Below, piece after piece: positions 1-7,986 of a DNA stretch of 64,000 nucleotides. The position numbers and the translations under genes are program-made. The notes below the pieces were generated by a model. The model searched no databases and was not told where the DNA came from. It saw nothing but the letters and a program-made list of their open reading frames with translations. The number at the start of each line of letters is the position of its first letter. Position 1 is the stretch's first letter. This stretch comes from Armatimonadota bacterium (lineage in GTDB: Bacteria; Armatimonadota; SYMT01): NCBI GenBank assembly GCA_041690135.1, contig JAWLHY010000001.1, positions 640,001-704,000 on the forward strand, in the 5' to 3' direction.

Positions 1-2413
1 GGATGGAACGCTCCAGGGTGAGGCGCTCGGCGACCAGCGCCGCCACGTCCTCGCGTTTGGCTGCTCCCGCGGACCCAGCCAGTACCGGCTGGCGCAGCAG
101 CCAGTCGACCAGCTCACGGGGGGAGGCATCCAGTTCCTTGTCGCCGGCCCACTGCCGTAGCGACTCCTGGAACAGGCGCTGGTAGGCTTCCGCAAGGGCC
201 GCGGGCGAGTCGATGGCGGGATCGGCGAGCATCCGCAGGATCTCAGCGTTCGGCGCCTGGGGAGGCACGGGAGCGTCCGCAAACCGGATCTCGTCCACGG
301 CGACCGCGCCGTCTCCCAGGTCGAGGATCTCCACGTAGGCCTGGTGGCCGACCCACTTGCCGACTTCCATCGCGTGCCACGCCATGCCGCCGTTGAGGTC
401 CACGGTGAGGCCGCCGTAGATCGGGAAGCGGATGCGCTGGAAGCCGTCGATGATCAGGTTGACTTTCGCGCCGCGCCCGGCCATCCGGTAGAGGATCCAG
501 GGCTTCTCGATCTTGAACGTTTTGGAGCGCAGCGTGCCCTGAAGCCGGGGAGAGACCCGGCTGGAATCCGCCGTGCCGGAAGGCAGCAGCGCCCACAGCC
601 GCGCCCCGTCCCGACCATCCGGGATTTGCCCGGCGGCCGGGTTGGGGCCCTCGCCAAACGCCTGGCCGGTCACGAACCATCCGGGGTATCCCGGCTTCGA
701 GAAGTCCTCGAAAAGCACGCTCTTCTCGAGCACCTGCGCGGAGTTGGCGGCTATCTGACGAAGGCGCCGCTCGACCCCTTCTCGGGCATTCGCGAACGCG
801 GCGCCGTTGTCCGGGCGCTTCGCCAGCACGGCCCAGGGATGCAGCGGATCGGCGGGGTTCTTGGCCGCCTGTTCCCGCAGATACTTATCCATGGCCTGAT
901 TGGGAGCCGGATTGGGCTGGCTGCGGCCGACGAGGATCACGTTGCCCGGCGCGGACGCCACCAGGGAGCTCGCCATCCCTTCCATACCGGTGAGGAGCCC
1001 CTCGGCGTTCTGCTTCACCAGCAGCGGCTGCAAGCGGCCATTCAGCGCAGCTACCTTCGCGACCGCCTCCCGTGCCCGGTCTCCCGGGTCGATGGCGGCC
1101 AGGTGGAACCGCGAGCTCCGCATGTAGCCGTAGAGGGCGTAGTAATCCTTCGTGGAGATCGGGTCGAACTTGTGGTCGTGGCACCGCGCGCAGCCGAGGG
1201 AGAGCCCCAGGAACGTCTTGCTGATGACGTCGATCTGGTTGTCGACGCGCTCCGCTTCGTCTTCCCGGATGTCGACCGGCGAGTGCTTCCCTTCGCCCAA
1301 CCAGTAGAAGCCCGTACCGATGATCGACTCGTTGAAGCCTTCCTGCGGGTGGCGCCGCGGCTGCGGCATCAGGTCGCCGGCCAGGTGCTCCGTCAGGAAC
1401 TGGTTGTAAGGGACATCCGCGTTGAACGCGCGGATCAGGTAGTCCCGGTACTGCCACGCTTCCGGCTTTTCGAAGTCGAACTCATGACCGTCCGTTTCGG
1501 CGAACCGCACCAGGTCGAGCCAGTGCCGGGCCCAGCGCTCGCCGTAGTGGGGAGAGGCCAGCAGCCGGTCCACAATCTTGCGGTAAGCATCTGGGGAACG
1601 ATCCGCGAGGAAGGCGTCGATCTCCGCGGGGGTGGGGGGCAGGCCGGTGAGGTCGTAGGTCACGCGGCGGATCAAGGTCCGGCGGTCGGCCGGAGGCGCC
1701 GGCTTCAGGCCCTTCTGTTCCAACCGCGCCAGGACGAAGTGGTCGATCGGGTTAGCGGGCCAGGTTGTGTTCTTCACCTTCGGTAGGGCGGGGCGCTTGA
1801 CCGGCTGGAACGACCAGAGCGCCGCCTTGCGTCCCTGGAGGTCGAACCCGTGGGAGGCCGCCGCGGGCAACTTGACCTTCGGCGAGCCGGGCCATGGCGC
1901 GCCCATCTTCACCCACTGGACGAGGTCCGCGATCTGCTGGTCGCTCAGCTTCCCCTTGGGAGGCATCTGAAGCTCTCGCTCCTGGAAGCGGACCGCCCGG
2001 ATGAGGAGGCTCTTCTCCGGATCTCCTGGAACGATCGCCGGTCCCCGGTGGCCGCCCTTGAGGAGGTAGGCGAGCGCATCTACGCGCAAATCGCCCATGG
2101 GAGAGGCGCTCTTGGAGAAGTGGCACCCCTGGCAGTTCGCCACCAGGACCGGGCGGATCTTCTTTTCGAAGAACTCCGCCGCTTCCGGAGTCACGGGCGG
2201 CTCTGCGGCTTCGGAGCGGCCTCCGCCCGGGTTCGTCTGGCTCCCGCGGGAAACCGCCGCTGCCGGTTTGCCGGCGGCGGCCTTCCTGGGCGCTGGGGCC
2301 GACTGGCTTCCGGCGGCGACCAGCGCCGCGGGGGCGGCCAGGGTCGCCGTAAGGACGGCCGCGCCGGTGGAGACGCGCCGCCAGGCTTGCGGAGAGCGGG
2401 GGGTTCGGGCCAT
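1..2413 (-). CDS. PSD1/DUF1549(-DUF1553) and planctomycete cytochrome c domain protein, 3' end runs off the window
   Basis: Missing from the ORF track because it has no stop in the window. ATG at 2413. Manual translation gives signal peptide, FFEKKIRPVLVANCQGCH (CxxCH), NPIDHFVLARL, HYGERWARHWLDLVRFAET, LGCARCHDHKFDPI. The + ORF 344..1786 is its antisense shadow. Confidence 0.92.
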   Translation of the reverse strand, partial: MARTPRSPQAWRRVSTGAAVLTATLAAPAALVAAGSQSAPAPRKAAAGKPAAAVSRGSQTNPGGGRSEAAEPPVTPEAAEFFEKKIRPVLVANCQGCHFSKSASPMGDLRVDALAYLLKGGHRGPAIVPGDPEKSLLIRAVRFQERELQMPPKGKLSDQQIADLVQWVKMGAPWPGSPKVKLPAAASHGFDLQGRKAALWSFQPVKRPALPKVKNTTWPANPIDHFVLARLEQKGLKPAPPADRRTLIRRVTYDLTGLPPTPAEIDAFLADRSPDAYRKIVDRLLASPHYGERWARHWLDLVRFAETDGHEFDFEKPEAWQYRDYLIRAFNADVPYNQFLTEHLAGDLMPQPRRHPQEGFNESIIGTGFYWLGEGKHSPVDIREDEAERVDNQIDVISKTFLGLSLGCARCHDHKFDPISTKDYYALYGYMRSSRFHLAAIDPGDRAREAVAKVAALNGRLQPLLVKQNAEGLLTGMEGMASSLVASAPGNVILVGRSQPNPAPNQAMDKYLREQAAKNPADPLHPWAVLAKRPDNGAAFANAREGVERRLRQIAANSAQVLEKSVLFEDFSKPGYPGWFVTGQAFGEGPNPAAGQIPDGRDGARLWALLPSGTADSSRVSPRLQGTLRSKTFKIEKPWILYRMAGRGAKVNLIIDGFQRIRFPIYGGLTVDLNGGMAWHAMEVGKWVGHQAYVEILDLGDGAVAVDEIRFADAPVPPQAPNAEILRMLADPAIDSPAALAEAYQRLFQESLRQWAGDKELDASPRELVDWLLRQPVLAGSAGAAKREDVAALVAERLTLERSI

Positions 2414-2555
2414 GGTCAGGGGAACCTCTTATCGTGGACCTACAGATCTGCTTCTTACCTATAACCAAGACAACCCCCGGACGTCCAGGGTTGCAGATCG
2501 TGGTCTATTGTAACAGTCTTCCAACCTTCGGGGGGTCGCCCCCGTCACTTCATAG

Positions 2556-2610
2556 ACAGGCGACTCAAAGTCGCAGGCTGGAAAGGCACGAAGTCGGCCT
2601 TCGCCGACTG
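2556..2610. repeat. Double-hairpin REP-like repeat (family D), copy 1
   Basis: ACAGGCGACTCAAAGTCGC...AAGTCGGCCTTCGCCGACT; near-identical copy at 48344-48396, diverged copy at 7792-7841. Confidence 0.8.
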
Positions 2611-2646
2611 GTGAAGCCAGCCATGCTCCGTACCCTTGGTCAGCCT

Positions 2647-3336
2647 TTAACCAGTAGTGGGTAGTGTCGGGGCTTCACGGCGTCCGAGGTCGGCGAGGGA
2701 TTCCTGCACGCAATCCGTCTCCTCCAGGATGGGACCGATCCGGCGCCCCCCCGCGGCGGCGGCCCATCGCTCGAGAAAGATCGCCCAGATGCGGTACTGG
2801 ACGTGCTTTCCGAGCAGCAGGTAGCCAACCAACCGGAAGGGATCGTGGATGCGCGCCCGGCTGCGGATGCGGAGGACCAGCCGGCCGGCCGGGTCGCAGT
2901 CGGCGCCAAAGGTGATGCGTCCCGCCTCGATATGCCCCCGCAAGGTGCGCAGGGTCAGGCGGCGCTCCTCAATGGCGCAGACGCGGACCGCCGTCAGCGG
3001 GTTGCCGATGATGGCCACCTCCAGGCCTTCGTCCAGTTGGAGACAACCGCTAGCCATGGACGGCCGGTTGAAGCGGGCCAGGTGGGCGGGCGAGAGGCTG
3101 ACGAAGTTCTCCAGCAGGTTCTGCATCGCCTGCTCCGGCGTGAGGAGGGGCTCTTCGATGATGGCGACGTAGTCCCGCTGCATCAATGGTCCGACGCCCT
3201 CATTCGCCAACTGGACCGGTTGATCTGCCGGGCGCGGCTGTGCGGCCGGATCCGCAGCGGCGCTGCCACTATTCACGCCCGCTACTTCAGTGGTTGGTGT
3301 GCTGATAGTCGCTTCCATTCCGGTGTCTCTTACCAT
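2647..3336 (-). CDS. DUF1990-like hypothetical protein
   Basis: C-terminal 229 aa of ORF 2647..4026 from MVRDTG (ATG 3336); LRTLRGHIEAGRITF motif resembles DUF1990. The upstream extension runs through repeat DNA. Confidence 0.65.
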   Translation of the reverse strand: MVRDTGMEATISTPTTEVAGVNSGSAAADPAAQPRPADQPVQLANEGVGPLMQRDYVAIIEEPLLTPEQAMQNLLENFVSLSPAHLARFNRPSMASGCLQLDEGLEVAIIGNPLTAVRVCAIEERRLTLRTLRGHIEAGRITFGADCDPAGRLVLRIRSRARIHDPFRLVGYLLLGKHVQYRIWAIFLERWAAAAGGRRIGPILEETDCVQESLADLGRREAPTLPTTG

Positions 3337-3500
3337 CGATATGCCCTCGGCGGAAGCCTGCTTCGGTGCCGCCCACAGGTTATACCCGAGCCGGTAGGTG
3401 CGCCACGCGGGGAGGGGCTCTTCGGATATCGGTCGGCGCGGACGGGTGCGGTTCTTTCGCTGCGCATTGATGGCGCGGGTCGGGAGTCCCATTCGGCGCA

Positions 3501-3811
3501 ACGGGTACGTGCCCAGGCCCTCCCGGGGTGCATTCCGGGTGCGGAGCCAGGGCTGGGGGGCGGGAATTGCCTCCGTAGTGCACTCCGGGCGTGGGGGCAT
3601 GATCCTGGTCGGGGACGGCGACCCTACCATCGGCATTGGGGCTACGGTGGTGCGGTACGGGTGCGCAAGGGGCGGGCGCCTACCGTGGTGCAGTATGGGT
3701 GCGGAGCCGGGGTCGTGTGCAGGAGGCGCCGCCGCAGTGCTGTCCGGGTATGAGTACATGGTCCTGGTCGGCGACAGCGAGCCGACCCTACCGGTGTGCA
3801 TTTCGGGTGCG
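3501..3811 (+). repeat. Degenerate array of six 25-nt repeats (family A) with interspersed GTAG hairpin modules
   Basis: Consensus CCTACCGTGGTGCAnTCCGGGTGCG at 3519, 3569, 3641, 3679, 3728, 3787; hairpin module CCTGGTCGGCGACAGCGAGCCGACCCTAC at about 3604 and 3763. Confidence 0.8.
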
Positions 3812-3837
3812 GAAGCGAGGGTGTGGCTGTTAGCAGG

Positions 3838-3908
3838 GGCGGGCGAGACGCCCCTCCCACGGCTGCGGTGCGGATACCACGCAAAGGCGGGCGAGACGCC
3901 CGCCCCAC
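3838..3908. repeat. Two tandem GTGG-type REP palindromes (family B)
   Basis: GGCGGGCGAGACGCCC(C/G)(T/C)CCCAC at 3838 and 3886; further copies at 44272-44386 and 44647. Confidence 0.8.
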
Positions 3909-4016
3909 CTTCGGGGGCTTCCTCTCCTTCCCAGGATCTGTGTGCCTCGCTGGGTTTGAGGTGGCACTGGCTACGGGCAAAGCGGGGAGGAGGCAAGGCG
4001 AAGAGCGAGGTGAGGG

Positions 4017-4931
4017 ATGGAGACACGTAACGAGATCAAAGAATCCGGGCCGCGGGCGAGTGAGTTGTTCGCGGGAATGCACCGGCGGCAGAGCGTTGAC
4101 GAGTACAATTTCGACCACTTCCGGACGCGGCACTTCCTGTATGATGCGCGCGCCACGAAGGAGAAGATCGGCATCCATCCGGGCGCGCTGGCGCCGGACT
4201 TTACCCTGCCGATTGCGAGTGGGGGGACGCTGCGCCTCGCCGATTTGCGGGATCGCCCCGTGGTGCTCCGGTTCGGGTCACCCAGTTGACCGGCCACGAT
4301 CGGCTCGGTCGAGCCGATGAAGAAGCTTTACACCCGCTGGGGCGACCGGGTGCATTTCCTGGAGGTGATCGTCCGCCAGGCACATCCGGGCCCGCATGCT
4401 CCCACGTATCACACGTTCGGCCAGAAGTTTGAGGACGCACGCCGGTACGTGGAGGAAGAAGCGATTCCCTGGCCGGTGCTGGTGGATGACCTGGAGGGCA
4501 CGGTACACCAGGTTTACGGCGGAATGTCGGACCCCACCTACCTGATCGGTACGGACGGGCGGGTCTCCTACTACGTGCAGTGGACCTACGTTCCGGCGCT
4601 GCACCAGGCGATCCAACGGCTGTTCGCGCAGGACGGGCGCGGCGTGGTGAACGAGGGCATCAATTCCGGCGTGCATATGCAGCCGGCGCTCACCACCGGC
4701 TGGAGAGGGCTGCGGCGCGGCCTGCCGCAGAGCGTCATCGACATGGAGACGGCCTTCCCCGGCACGGCGGTTGGGACCTGGATCGGATACCAGATGCGGC
4801 CGGTGCTGGCGCCGATCACGCAACGCGCCCGGCCGCTGCCGCGCGCGGCGAAGGTCGGGCTGGCGGTCGGCGCCGTGGGTCTGGCGGCGTTGGCGGTTTC
4901 CCGGATGCGGCGGTCCTCGGAAGAGGTTTGA
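4017..4931 (+). CDS. Deiodinase-like thioredoxin-fold selenoprotein (in-frame TGA = Sec at 4287-4289)
   Basis: ORFs 4017..4289 and 4317..4931 share one frame. Read-through gives APDFTLP...PVVLRFGSPS-U-PATIGSVEPMKKLY...VIVRQAHPG...WPVLVDDLEG...PTYLIGTDG, a continuous peroxiredoxin/deiodinase-like fold. SECIS-like hairpin follows the TGA. Confidence 0.8.
4299..4318 (+). promoter_or_regulatory. Putative bacterial SECIS hairpin
   Basis: ATCGGCTC-GGTC-GAGCCGAT, 8-bp perfect stem; the loop begins with G at the 18th nt after the TGA. Confidence 0.65.
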
Positions 4932-4950
4932 TGAAGCGTTGAGGGGCGGG

Positions 4951-5973
4951 ATGCGGAAACTGAAGCGGATCGAGGAGCAGGTGGCCGTGGTGATGGGCGC
5001 CTCGAGCGGCATCGGGAGAGAGACGGCTCTCCGGTTGACCGCCCGGGGCGCCCGGGTGGTTGTCGCTGCACGGACCGAAAGTGCCCTGGCCTCGCTGGTG
5101 GCCGAGATCCGAGCAAACCGCGGAACGGCGGAGTACCTCGTGGCGGATACTACCGACATCGATCAGGTAAAGTCGGTGGCCCGGTATGCCGTGGAGCGGT
5201 ACGATCGCCTCGACACCTGGGTGCAGGCGGCCGGCGTGGCGATGTGGTCCCGGTTTGAGGAGACGCGGCCGGAGGAGTGGAGCCGCATCATCGATGTTAA
5301 CCTGAACGGAGCCGCATACGGGGCCATGGCGGCGCTCCCGCACCTGCGTAATGCGGGCGGGGGGGCGCTGATCCTCATCTCCTCCGTGGAAGGCCGCGTC
5401 GCCGTGCCGCTCCAGGCCGCCTATGCCGCTTCCAAGCACGGGGTAAACGCCCTCGCGCGCGTGCTGCGGATGGAACTGGAGGCGGAGAAGAGTCCGATCC
5501 GGGTCACCGAGATCCTACCCTCGAGCATGAATACGCCGCTCTTCGAGAAGTCGCGGACGCGGATCGGGGTCCAGCCGCATCCGCTTCCGTTCATCTACGA
5601 TCCCCGTCTGGTGGTGGACGCCATTCTCTACGCAGCCGAAAACGCCCCGCCGGAGATCATCGTGGGCGGCAGCGGAAACCTGTTCGTCCAGGGAGAACGG
5701 TGGGCGCCCCGGTTGACGGAGACGACCCTGGCGCTCCTCGGGAGGGTGATGCAGCGCACGCGGGAGCCGAAGAGCGACACGGCGCCGGACAACCTGTTCG
5801 ACCCGCTTCCGGATGCCATTTGCAACCGGACGGATGGCGGGTTCGAGCGGGAGACCCGTTCCACCAGTGCTACTACCTGGCTGCGGACGCATCCGCGGGC
5901 GCGGAACCTGCTGGCGGCGGGAGTGGTGGGCACGGCGGCCCTGGCGCTCTTCCGGCGACGGGAGCGCTCCTGA
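4951..5973 (+). CDS. SDR family oxidoreductase with C-terminal hydrophobic tail
   Basis: GASSGIG Rossmann motif, YAASK catalytic motif; ATG 4951 (MRKLKRIEEQ). Confidence 0.93.
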   Translation: MRKLKRIEEQVAVVMGASSGIGRETALRLTARGARVVVAARTESALASLVAEIRANRGTAEYLVADTTDIDQVKSVARYAVERYDRLDTWVQAAGVAMWSRFEETRPEEWSRIIDVNLNGAAYGAMAALPHLRNAGGGALILISSVEGRVAVPLQAAYAASKHGVNALARVLRMELEAEKSPIRVTEILPSSMNTPLFEKSRTRIGVQPHPLPFIYDPRLVVDAILYAAENAPPEIIVGGSGNLFVQGERWAPRLTETTLALLGRVMQRTREPKSDTAPDNLFDPLPDAICNRTDGGFERETRSTSATTWLRTHPRARNLLAAGVVGTAALALFRRRERS

Positions 5974-5979
5974 CCCGGG

Positions 5980-6207
5980 TTAACGGCGGAAGTTCTGGAT
6001 CCAGAGCCCCAGGAACAACGGCGCTAACCCCAGGTAGGCACCCACGACGAGGGCGATGAGGAGGTACCACACCCAGCGGCCACGGAGAGGGAACAGCCAC
6101 TCGAGACGCTTGGGGACGCCGGGCTCGCGGCAGCTCAGCAGCGCGATGAGTGCCGCCGCGATGATGATATCCGCCAGGATGAAACCAACTCCCCAGGTCC
6201 AGAGCAT
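5980..6207 (-). CDS. Small two-TM hypothetical membrane protein
   Basis: 75 aa with two hydrophobic segments; fills the gap between genes. Confidence 0.45.
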   Translation of the reverse strand: MLWTWGVGFILADIIIAAALIALLSCREPGVPKRLEWLFPLRGRWVWYLLIALVVGAYLGLAPLFLGLWIQNFRR

Positions 6208-6358
6208 GGGCAGCAGTACCCTTTTTCACTACGGGGAACTATAGGACAGGTAAGGCTGAAGGGTGCATCCGGCAAGTAGAGTGCGGATATCCGAGTGCGG
6301 TATCGCAGCCACCATGAAAGTGTTTCGGGCCACCGACGTGCCTTGCGAGACGGGGGCG

Positions 6359-6506
6359 GTAGGGAATGTGACGCCGTTCCATTCCGCAGATACTGTTGCT
6401 GAACATGTTGGGCCAAACCGGACCCTTCCTGACACAGGACGGTTACGAGTGGGCAGGACGGGATCAGCCCCACGACCGCGGAACGCTGCGGCGAGACGTT
6501 CCCTAC
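6359..6506. repeat. REPIN-like GTAG doublet (family C), copy 1
   Basis: GTAGGGAATGTGACGCCGTTCCATTCCGC ... GCGGAACGCTGCGGCGAGACGTTCCCTAC; both ends identical to the inverted copy at 43793-43941. Confidence 0.85.
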
Positions 6507-6708
6507 AGTTACCACTTTCACAGGCTCGCCCAACGGGACCCGAACCACTTCGCCGGACGTGTTCCGGCGAAGTGACAATCTGACTACTACTTGCCGGATG
6601 CACCACTTAGCGTCGCACGCACGAGCGATTGCTCGCGACCGGAGCCCACCACGGAATAGAATTCCGCGGCTGCTGCAAAGTGAAACCCCTTTGGGGTTAG
6701 CGTGGGAA

Positions 6709-7698
6709 TCAGGCCTTGCCCGGGCCGCGGTAGGCTCGGCCGAACGGAAGACAGAACGGTTCCTCGAAGGGCCGGAACGGAACCAAGGCGGCGATTTCGC
6801 GCAGGCGGTCGAGGAGGTCCGGTGGGAGCGGCCCACGGGCCGCGGCATCCAGGTTGGCTTCCACTTCGGCCGGGTTGCGCGCGCCGGTGAGCACTGTGTT
6901 CCCGCGCGGATCGGAAAGGGCGAAGCGCAGCGCCAGCTCCGGCAGCGGGATCCCGCCTTCGTCCACCAGCCGGTAAAGCGCCCGGAATTGCTCCCGCCGC
7001 GGCGGGCTGAGCCAGGGAGCGCCGGTCTCGATCTCCGCGTCATAGCGCCGGGCCAGCGCGCCCTGCTGGAGCGGTGAGCCCAGCATTACACCCATGCGCT
7101 GCCGCTCCGCCTCCGGTAGGACGACAATCTCCGCCTCGCGCCACAGGAGGCTGTAATTGAACGCGGTGAGCACCACGTCGAAGGCGCCGGTCGCCATGAT
7201 CCGGGGGAGCTCGTAAACGGTGGTCCCACCCAGCCCGGAGAACCGCACCAGTCCTTCCTGTTTCAACTCCTCTATCAACTCGCGCGCGGGACCGTGGAAG
7301 CCTTCCCCATCGTCCCACCAGTCGTACTGGCCCGGGCGGTCGGGCTCGTGGATCAGCAGCAGGTCGATCCGGTCGCGCCGCAGCAGCCGCAGGCTCTCCT
7401 CGACCGACTTCCGGAGGGCCGGCTTGTCTTTCGGATCGAACGGCTGGGGCCGGCCGCCGAGCTTGGTGGAGATGAGCACCTCGGAGCCGCCGCCGGTCGA
7501 GGCCAGCGCCTGCCCCAGCACCTCTTCGCTGTCGTAGTACCCCGGCGCCGTATCGAAGAGGTTGACACCGAGATCGACGGCCCGGTGGATGGCCGCCACG
7601 CCAGCCTCCCGCTCCGCCGCAAACCGGGAGATGAACAGCCCGCCGAGGGAGATCTCGCTCACGTGAAGGCCGGTGCGGCCGAGGGTTCGGTACTTCAT
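6709..7698 (-). CDS. Aldo/keto reductase
   Basis: MKYRTLGRTGLHVSEISLG, FDTAPGY, ISTK, IDLLLIHEP, GSPL motifs. Confidence 0.95.
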   Translation of the reverse strand: MKYRTLGRTGLHVSEISLGGLFISRFAAEREAGVAAIHRAVDLGVNLFDTAPGYYDSEEVLGQALASTGGGSEVLISTKLGGRPQPFDPKDKPALRKSVEESLRLLRRDRIDLLLIHEPDRPGQYDWWDDGEGFHGPARELIEELKQEGLVRFSGLGGTTVYELPRIMATGAFDVVLTAFNYSLLWREAEIVVLPEAERQRMGVMLGSPLQQGALARRYDAEIETGAPWLSPPRREQFRALYRLVDEGGIPLPELALRFALSDPRGNTVLTGARNPAEVEANLDAAARGPLPPDLLDRLREIAALVPFRPFEEPFCLPFGRAYRGPGKA

Positions 7699-7791
7699 CC
7701 TATTCCTTTTCCCGCAGGAATCCGCGCGCGGGTCGGCGGAAACCTAATGTCTACCGAATGAAGGAACTGCCAAGAAACAACCGCTACGGCT

Positions 7792-7841
7792 GGGCGAGTA
7801 AACTCACGCCTACAAACGGCTAAGCCGACCTCCGTCGGCTA
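7792..7841. repeat. Double-hairpin repeat (family D), diverged copy
   Basis: GGCGAGTAAACTCACGCC...AAGCCGACCTCCGTCGGCT, compensatory changes relative to copies at 2556 and 48344. Confidence 0.55.
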
Positions 7842-7986
7842 GGAACAACGTAGTGGTTACCCATAGCCAGGTCCAACGGGGTGGGGTGAACCAGATGCCG
7901 GCGTGCGGCGCAGGGGTCACTTCGCCGTCGCGAACCTGTTGCCCTGTTCAGCCGTTATTCTCCTGGAGAGACCCGAGCGAACCGGA

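Noticed and set aside
344-1786. 480-aa + strand ORF
   Set aside because: Antisense shadow of the PSD1/DUF1549 gene, in register with it.
3501-3811. CRISPR array
   Set aside because: Repeats are too degenerate, spacers vary from 13 to 47 nt, some spacers are themselves repeated modules, and there is no cas gene in the window.
3337-4030. ORFs 3398..4030 (+) and the N-terminal extension of 2647..4026 (-) as proteins
   Set aside because: They translate repeat DNA; the same peptides (VVHSG, ILVGD, LPWC) recur in spurious ORFs at 17498, 31813 and 43827.
4017-4289. Separate 90-aa gene or nonsense pseudogene
   Set aside because: The TGA sits at the catalytic position and is followed by a SECIS-like hairpin, so Sec read-through is the better explanation, though unproven.
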